Shown here piece after piece: positions 57,536 to 64,000 of a DNA stretch of 64,000 bases; within the stretch, counting starts at the first letter, position 1; the number at the start of each line of letters is the position of its first letter. The notes below the pieces were generated by a model, which saw only the letters and a program-made list of their open reading frames with translations, was not told where the DNA came from and did no database searches. A program made the translations under genes and the position numbers. Location of the stretch: assembly GCA_900757465.1 (NCBI GenBank), contig CAAENY010000146.1:13630-77629 (forward strand). Reading direction: 5' to 3'. The DNA comes from an uncultured Collinsella sp. (lineage in GTDB: Bacteria; Actinomycetota; Coriobacteriia; Coriobacteriales; Coriobacteriaceae).

Positions 57536-59392
57536 CTAGCAGCCCTCCTTTGCGCAGACGGATGCGGGGACGGTTGGGGCGGACGTGGGCGCCGCACTCC
57601 CCTGCTGGCCCTCGAGCTCCTCGCGGCGAAGCTGCGACTGGCAGATCTCTCGGTAGAGCCGGCAGCTTGCATACAGCTCGTCATGCGTGCCAAGGCCCGC
57701 AACCGAGCCGTGTTCGAGTACGCAGATCATGTCGGCATCGCGCACGGTCGAGACGCGCTGGCTTACGATGACGGTCGTGAGCGGCAGCCCGCCCTCGGCG
57801 GCACCGCGCACGCTGCGCTCGCGAATGGCATGACGAAGCGCCGCGTCAGTCTTAAAGTCGAGCGCCGACGCGGAGTCATCCATGATCAGGACCTGAGGCG
57901 AGCCCACCAGGGCGCGCGCGATGGTCAGGCGCTGGCGTTGGCCACCGCTAAAGTTCTTACCGCCCGCCTCGACCGGGGCATCGAGCCCCTGCGACTTGCT
58001 GCGCACGAACTCGCTCGCTTGCGCCATATCGAGCGCTGCCCAGAGCTCCTCGTCGGTCGCCGACTCGTCACGCCAGGTCAGGTTGCTGCGGATGGTGCCG
58101 CTCACGAGCGACGCGCGCTGCGGAACAGTCGCGACCACACGGCGCAACTGGTCGAGCGGCCAGGTGCGCACGTCGGCGCCCATCACGCTCACGCTGCCGG
58201 TACTCGCATCGTATAGGCGCGGGATGAGCGAGACGAGCGTAGACTTGCCGCTGCCCGTGCCGCCGATAATGCCGAGCGTCTTGCCCAGTGGGAGCTCCAG
58301 GGTCACATCGTTGACGGCATTTGCCGCGCCCGCGCCAAAGGAGAAGCTCGCATGGCTCAAGCTCAGCGCGGGGACCGGAACAGCGCCACCCGCCAGTTCG
58401 CTCGGCTCGGGCAGCGCGACCGGCTCGTTGTCCTCGTCGGTGATGCTCGGCACGCAATTGAGCACCTCGTTGATACGTGACGCACTGGCGCTCGCCTTGG
58501 TAAAGACCACGACCAGGTTGGCAACGTACACGATGGAGGTCAGGGTCTGCGTCATGTAGTTCACAAACGCCATGACCTGGCCCTGCGTGAGCTCACCCAC
58601 GTTGACCTGGATGCCGCCCACCCACAGGATGGCGCACACGCCTAGGTTCATCACCAAAAACGTTACGGGGTTAAGGATTGACGAGAGCTTGCCCACCGCG
58701 ATGGCAGTATTGGCCTGGTCATCGGCGGCTTGGGCAAAACGCTCGCGCTCGTGGTCCTCGCGTACAAAGGCGCGAACCACGCGAGCGCCCGAAAGGCCCT
58801 CACGGCAAATGAGCGCGATGCGGTCGAGCTTTGCCTGCAGCCGCCTGTAATACGGGATGCAGCGCGCCATGACAAACCAAAACACCAGGCCGATAGCGGG
58901 CGTGCAGATCAAAAAGATGATGCCGAGCTTAAGGTCGATGGCAAGGGCCGCGCACATAGAGCCCACCGCCAGGAAGGGCCAGCGGATGAGCATGCGCACG
59001 CCCAGCGCCACGGCAAGCTGCACCTGGTTGACATCGTTGGTAATGCGCGTGATGAGCGACGGCGTGCCAAAGCGGTCGAGCTCGGCATAGCTCAGCTTGT
59101 TGATGTGCTTGTAGAGCGCGCCGCGAATGTCGGTGCCCATGCCCTGCGATGTCAGCGCCGCCATCTTTTGGCAGACAAGCGTAAACGAGATGCCAATCAC
59201 AGCCATGGCGCCAAGTACCATGCCGTAGTGGATAACGGCGTTCACGTCGTGCGAGCCAATGCCCTTATCGATCATCTGGGCAATCACCAGCGGCGTCAGC
59301 AGGTCAAAGATCACTTCGATCAACTTGCACGCAGGACCGACCACCATATATCGGCGAAACTTGCCACCAAAACGCCTGAGCAACTCAATCAT
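57536..59392 (-). CDS. ABC exporter ATP-binding/permease subunit (degenerate-site partner)
   Basis: GGTGSGKS, FSGGQRQR, MDDSAS, VSQR; ATG 59392 with GGGAG RBS. Confidence 0.95.
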   Translation of the reverse strand: MIELLRRFGGKFRRYMVVGPACKLIEVIFDLLTPLVIAQMIDKGIGSHDVNAVIHYGMVLGAMAVIGISFTLVCQKMAALTSQGMGTDIRGALYKHINKLSYAELDRFGTPSLITRITNDVNQVQLAVALGVRMLIRWPFLAVGSMCAALAIDLKLGIIFLICTPAIGLVFWFVMARCIPYYRRLQAKLDRIALICREGLSGARVVRAFVREDHERERFAQAADDQANTAIAVGKLSSILNPVTFLVMNLGVCAILWVGGIQVNVGELTQGQVMAFVNYMTQTLTSIVYVANLVVVFTKASASASRINEVLNCVPSITDEDNEPVALPEPSELAGGAVPVPALSLSHASFSFGAGAANAVNDVTLELPLGKTLGIIGGTGSGKSTLVSLIPRLYDASTGSVSVMGADVRTWPLDQLRRVVATVPQRASLVSGTIRSNLTWRDESATDEELWAALDMAQASEFVRSKSQGLDAPVEAGGKNFSGGQRQRLTIARALVGSPQVLIMDDSASALDFKTDAALRHAIRERSVRGAAEGGLPLTTVIVSQRVSTVRDADMICVLEHGSVAGLGTHDELYASCRLYREICQSQLRREELEGQQGSAAPTSAPTVPASVCAKEGC

Positions 59393-59610
59393 GTATAGGC
59401 GCTCCCTATCATCATCCACATTCAATTCGAACCATGATAGTACTGTCGCCCCAACCGATGAGTAAACCACTCGTCATTTCTAGTGGAATTCGGTTTACAG
59501 AGAAGCGGAGAGGCGTATGCGCATACCCGGCCAGTGTCGGGTCAACTAGCTTGGTATACTTACATTAGTGCTACCAAGTTAGTCGCCGACCCTTGAAATG
59601 AGGTGCCGAG

Positions 59611-60636
59611 ATGAACGACATTCTCGCAAGAAGAGCAAGACGAGCAACTGTGGGCATCGCCCTTTCCGCGGCACTTGTCGCGGGAATCGCCCCCGCAACG
59701 GCGATCGCGGCAGAAACCAGTTCCCCCACCGGTGCGGCCGTTTCGCAGACGAGCGCCGCCAACGGCAATTCGGGCGCCCCGCAGACAGAAGACGCGGCCG
59801 CCGCAAAAGAAAAAGCGTATGCAGCCATGCAGGAAGCGCTCAAAAACCTCGAGGCCGCAAAAGACGCCGCAAGTCTCGAGAAACTTGCGGAAATCGATAC
59901 TAAAATTGCCATTTTTCAAGAGAACTACGACACTAATTTGGCGCAAGCCGCCATATATAAGGAATCCCTTCCTACCATGCAAGCGAACGTCGATGCAGCT
60001 CAAGCCGAATGTGATAAGGCCCACAACCGGACAAGAGCCCTTGAGGCAGAATTAAATAAAATCGACTACACGACTCCTGCCGAAACTATTCGGCAGTTGC
60101 AAGAGGCGATCACAGAGGCAATAATGCAAGAAAATTTCTGTGAAGATAAGCTTGAGCACTGCCGAATGCGCCTCGAAAGTCATAAAAGCCTGATTTATTT
60201 CTTTGAAAGCGAAGTGGAGTTTAATAAAACCCATCTCGACGGAGAAACAGCCAAGCGGAATGCGCTCCTCGACGATTTGAAAAGAGCGCAAATAGCCTAT
60301 GACGATGCCTGCAAAGCATACGAAGAGGCAAAGGCCGCGGCGGACAAGGCCGCCTCGCCCGAGATAACGAAACCGACCGAGACAGCGCCTCCCTCCGGCT
60401 CAACGCAACCCGCCAAGGCGACACCGCCCGTTGCCTCACCTGCAACCGGTAAAGACGCCCTACCAAGCTCCATCAAGCAAGCGAGCACAAGCAGCGGCAA
60501 ACAAGCAGATACGACCGCCGACAAGCTCGCGAACACGGGCGACGCAGCGCCGAGCGCAATCGCACTCGCAGCAGTCGCCGCCGCAGGCCTCGGAATAACC
60601 GCCACGGCTACACGCCGCATCAAGAACTCAAAATAG
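59611..60636 (+). CDS. Sortase-anchored coiled-coil surface protein
   Basis: Signal peptide ending AIA, helical core, Pro/Thr/Ser linker, LANTG + hydrophobic + RRIK; GAGGTG RBS. Confidence 0.85.
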   Translation: MNDILARRARRATVGIALSAALVAGIAPATAIAAETSSPTGAAVSQTSAANGNSGAPQTEDAAAAKEKAYAAMQEALKNLEAAKDAASLEKLAEIDTKIAIFQENYDTNLAQAAIYKESLPTMQANVDAAQAECDKAHNRTRALEAELNKIDYTTPAETIRQLQEAITEAIMQENFCEDKLEHCRMRLESHKSLIYFFESEVEFNKTHLDGETAKRNALLDDLKRAQIAYDDACKAYEEAKAAADKAASPEITKPTETAPPSGSTQPAKATPPVASPATGKDALPSSIKQASTSSGKQADTTADKLANTGDAAPSAIALAAVAAAGLGITATATRRIKNSK

Positions 60637-60679
60637 CCGCCAGATCATACTACCTTCGCCAATCCACAAACCCGGAGAC

Positions 60680-60721
60680 AAAAGAGGCCCGTTTCCCCAA
60701 CCCAGGGAAACGGGCCTCTTT
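60680..60721 (+). terminator. Rho-independent terminator
   Basis: AAAGAGGCCCGTTTCCC / GGGAAACGGGCCTCTTT. Confidence 0.85.
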
Positions 60722-60861
60722 ACTTGTAAAAACAAATGGTAATGCCACTGTCTCTTGAAGCACATCGCCACCGCGCTCCAAACAACGCCAACGAGCAGCA
60801 TTCCTTAAGGGATAGATTTAATTAGGCTAACGCGCCTTTACGGGTGATTTTTGGACGAAGT

Positions 60862-60956
60862 GGTCCCGGTGCCGGCGGGCTGTTTGGTAGTCGAGCGATC
60901 CCGCAGGCAAAGCCGAGGACCAGCGAGGCACCAAACAGCCCGCCGGCACCGGGACC
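60862..60956. repeat. Inverted-repeat element with central CCGCAGGCAAA core
   Basis: 27-bp perfect arms GGTCCCGGTGCCGGCGGGCTGTTTGGT. Confidence 0.75.
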
Positions 60957-60982
60957 GCATCGCGGCACCAAAAAAGCGCCCG

Positions 60983-61086
60983 TGCGCTCGATGGATTCGG
61001 ATGCCCGACAGAGGCTCCTTATGGCTGCTTCCTTCCGGACCTGACCAGATTCGGAACATGTCGTCATCCGAACCCATCGAACGCGC
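60983..61086 (-). ncRNA. ffs: Signal recognition particle RNA (small type)
   Basis: Minus strand GGTCAGGTCCGGAAGGAAGCAGCC domain IV within a long hairpin, followed by a U-tract; ends approximate. Confidence 0.93.
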
Positions 61087-61174
61087 TAGGCGCTCGGTAT
61101 ATCTTACCTGCTCCCGCCCAGCAGGGCAAGTGGGGCGGACCCATCGGATGGATTCGCCCCACTCGTCCATATCG

Positions 61175-64000
61175 CTAGCGGCGCCTGCGGTACAGGACCG
61201 CGCCGCCCGCTGCGGTCAGCGCGCCGATGCCGGCCATGGCCGCGAGCGCCTCGACCGGCAGGCTGCGGTCGCCGGTGTCGGGCATGCCGCCCTTGGAGCC
61301 GTCGCCGCTAGAGCCGCTGCCGGAGCCGTTATCTGAATCGCCGTCTGAGCCGCCGCCCGGCGTGCCGGGGTTCTCGGGGGTGCCGGGGGTCCCGGGATTC
61401 TCGGCGTAGCTGTTGGTGAAGACCGGCGGCACGTTGGCGTCGCCCTCGTAGGAGACCTTCGCCGACAGATAGCCCGTCTTGGTGCCGTCGGCCGCCTCGT
61501 CGCCCACCGTGACGACGATCTTGTGCACGGCCTTGTCGTAGGTCACGTGCGCCTGGCCGTCGTCGACCTCACTCACCGTGAAGGTGTAGGTGCCGGCCTG
61601 CTTGAACGTCAGCGCATCGAACGTGACGCTGCCGTCCGCGGCGTTCCTGGCGGTCGACATGACCTTGCCGTCCCGGCTCTTGAGCTCAAAGCTAAACTGG
61701 CCCGCCTTGAGCTCGGCGCCCTTGAGCACCTTGGCGGCGCCCAGCTTGAGGGTGACGGGTGCGGCCCCGTAGCCGTTGGTGAACGTCACCGAGTCGCCGC
61801 CCGTGGGATTGCCCTCGGCATCCGCCAGCTCGTGCTTGACGGCGAGCGTGCCGTTTCCGGCATCGGCAACCGTCGTGCGCACGCGGTACGTCGCCCTGTC
61901 GTACGTCACGCCGCCCGCCGTGCCGGCGACCTCGCGCAGCTCGTAGCCGTGCGTGCCGGGCGCGGTGTAGGTGACGGGACCGAGCGCGACCGTGCCGTCG
62001 GCGGCGTTCCTGCCCGTCGCCGCGACGCTCTCGCCGCCGTCGGCGGCGATCTCGACCAGCTGGAACTCGAACTCGCCCTCGGCCAGGCCACGGCCCTTGA
62101 GCTTCTTGTTCACCTTGATCTGGTCGGTAACGGAGCTCGGCGTCGGGTTCACGACGTAGGTGTTGGTGAACTCGAACGCGCCCTTGCCCTCGGGCGTGCC
62201 CTCTGCGGGCAGGACTTCCGCGGCGAGCGTGCCCGCCTTGGTGTCCTCGACCACCTTGACCGTGAAGATCCTGGTCGCCGTCGCGTCATTGACCACGCCG
62301 TCGACCGAGCCGGACTCGCTCACCCGGTAGGCGAACGTCTTGGCGCGCAGGCCGTCGTCGTCGATCTCGACGTCGTCGAGGTCGCTCGGCTGCCTGAACG
62401 TGACGCGGCCCAGCTCGACGTTGCCGGCGGCGTCGTTGGTCGCCTCGGTCACCGTCTTGCCGGAGGCGTCGACCGGCGCGGGCGCGCCGTCCAGCGGCTC
62501 GATCTTAAAGGTGTACCTGCCCGCGATGTCGGCCTGCGTGAGGCCGAGCCCAGCCTGGCCGAGCGCCAGCGTCTTGGTGCCCGCGAGGTCAACTGTCGCC
62601 TCGTTGGTGCCATAGCCGTTCACAAACGACAGCGTGCCGTCGGAGCCCTCGGGGTAGACCACGGCCACATCCAGCCCGCCCTTGCCGTTATCGGTCACCT
62701 TGACCGTGATGCCGAAGCTCGAGGCGGCCGCCGTCACGCCCGCGGGCAGCCGGTCCGCGCCGTCCTCGGATACGGTATAGGGAATGACCCAGGAGCCGTC
62801 GGCGGCCCTGGCGGCGGTGCCGTCCGCCACCATCTGCTCGAGAGCGTCGGTGGTGTAGGAGATGGGCGAGAACGCGAGCCCCGCGGCCTCGCCGTCGTCG
62901 GAGGCCTGGTTGGTCGCGGTCGCGACCACGTCGCCCCGGGCATCGCGGACGGAGAACGAGAACTCGCCCGCCGCCGCGGCGCGGCCCGTCAGCGTCTTGG
63001 TGGCGTTGATGGCCACGTTGCCCTCGCCGCCGAGCGTTCCGGTGGCCTCGTAGGAGTTCTCGAACGCGACCGTCACGGGCGCGGGCGTCGCCGTGGCGTC
63101 ATCTGCCGTGGAGACCTCGCTGCGTGCGACCTCGACACCGTCCCTGGCAACCACGGTCGTGACCGTGAGCTTACCCGTCGCGGCGTCGTAGGCGGGCGCG
63201 ATGGTCACCGTGCGCGGCGCGGTGTCGTTGGCGTAGCCCTTGCCGCCGAGCTTGGTCTCGGCGACGGTGAAGCTGTAGACCTTGCCCGCGTCGGCGTCGG
63301 TGAACTTCACGTCGCTGCCCGCAGCACCGCCGATGAGGTCGACCAGGTCGGCCGCACCGTCATCGGCCGCGGAAACGGTATAGGCGTCCTTGCCGGTCTT
63401 GAGGCCAAGCTTGGCGGCCGTCTCGGCGTCGGCGGTCACGGTGAAGGCGAACTGCCCCGCCTCCATGGCGCGGCCGGAGAGCGTCTTGGACAGGCGCACG
63501 CCCGCACGGGCCGAATAGTCGAGCTCGGTCGTGTAGGTGTTGACGAAGTCGCCGCCGCTCACCTCCGCGATCGCGGGCGTCGTGGCCGTAAGGTTGCCGG
63601 AGCCGTCGTCGGTCACGGTCACCGTCATCGTGGCGACGTGGTCGTCGTAGGCCATGCCAGCGATGGCAGAGCCATCATCGGGCCTGACCTCGCGCACCGT
63701 GTAGGTGAAGGTCTTGGCGCGCACGCGCTTGCCGCCGACCTCGGCGAACCCGGCGTCCTTAATGTCGTCGAGCGTGTAGCGGATGGAGCCAAAGTCGAAG
63801 GCGACCCTATCGCCCGCCTTGGTGCCGGCGGCGGCCGTCACGCTGACGGTCTTGGAGCCGTCGGCAGATCCCTCGGGCATGGGAGCGCCGTCCTCGCCCG
63901 CGAGCGCGAACTGGAAGCTGTCGCCCTCCGCCCAGTCGCGACCCTCGAGCGTCTTGGTGAAGAGCCCCGCGGTGGAGACGTCCCTGCCCTCGGTAGCCGT
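61175..64000 (-). CDS. Large sortase-anchored surface protein with tandem Spy0128/FctA-type isopeptide domains (5' end outside window)
   Basis: Repeated KxLxGR...F.F...FxNxY modules; PGTP linker; MPDTG + TM + RRRR; frame open to the window edge. Confidence 0.9.
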   Translation of the reverse strand, partial: TATEGRDVSTAGLFTKTLEGRDWAEGDSFQFALAGEDGAPMPEGSADGSKTVSVTAAAGTKAGDRVAFDFGSIRYTLDDIKDAGFAEVGGKRVRAKTFTYTVREVRPDDGSAIAGMAYDDHVATMTVTVTDDGSGNLTATTPAIAEVSGGDFVNTYTTELDYSARAGVRLSKTLSGRAMEAGQFAFTVTADAETAAKLGLKTGKDAYTVSAADDGAADLVDLIGGAAGSDVKFTDADAGKVYSFTVAETKLGGKGYANDTAPRTVTIAPAYDAATGKLTVTTVVARDGVEVARSEVSTADDATATPAPVTVAFENSYEATGTLGGEGNVAINATKTLTGRAAAAGEFSFSVRDARGDVVATATNQASDDGEAAGLAFSPISYTTDALEQMVADGTAARAADGSWVIPYTVSEDGADRLPAGVTAAASSFGITVKVTDNGKGGLDVAVVYPEGSDGTLSFVNGYGTNEATVDLAGTKTLALGQAGLGLTQADIAGRYTFKIEPLDGAPAPVDASGKTVTEATNDAAGNVELGRVTFRQPSDLDDVEIDDDGLRAKTFAYRVSESGSVDGVVNDATATRIFTVKVVEDTKAGTLAAEVLPAEGTPEGKGAFEFTNTYVVNPTPSSVTDQIKVNKKLKGRGLAEGEFEFQLVEIAADGGESVAATGRNAADGTVALGPVTYTAPGTHGYELREVAGTAGGVTYDRATYRVRTTVADAGNGTLAVKHELADAEGNPTGGDSVTFTNGYGAAPVTLKLGAAKVLKGAELKAGQFSFELKSRDGKVMSTARNAADGSVTFDALTFKQAGTYTFTVSEVDDGQAHVTYDKAVHKIVVTVGDEAADGTKTGYLSAKVSYEGDANVPPVFTNSYAENPGTPGTPENPGTPGGGSDGDSDNGSGSGSSGDGSKGGMPDTGDRSLPVEALAAMAGIGALTAAGGAVLYRRRR

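Noticed and set aside
55739..58216. 825-aa plus-strand ORF
   Set aside because: Antisense shadow of the ABC transporter genes
61175..64000. Classical sortase-polymerised pilus operon
   Set aside because: Multi-domain single protein with no class C sortase visible; upstream context is outside the window

Overview
GC-rich chromosomal window from an actinobacterium, most likely Coriobacteriia/Collinsella-like (inferred from gene content and codon style, not proven). Core-type genes (MFS and ABC exporters, pdxK-like kinase, tex, rlmKL, kup with kdpDE-like genes, nitroreductase, LTA-synthase-family sulfatase, SRP RNA) are mixed with accessory blocks. These are: two convergent AAA_14/DUF4143 ATPase-nuclease genes, each preceded by a triple repeat with 33-bp period; an ascorbate-type PTS operon with a duplicated transaldolase, one copy broken by TAG; a ~9.6-kb mannose-family PTS island that appears to have replaced the middle of a HAD gene; and a SipW operon. 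The SipW operon is the most interesting. It encodes three TasA/CalY-like subunits, an 1820-aa adhesin whose extreme C-terminus mimics the subunits' N-terminal strand, and a sortase-anchored protein lacking that strand. Together these suggest a wall-anchored, tip-adhesin-bearing donor-strand-exchange pilus. Intergenic DNA holds several families of dispersed palindromic or periodic elements. All calls come from reading the sequence and recalled motifs; no database searches were run.
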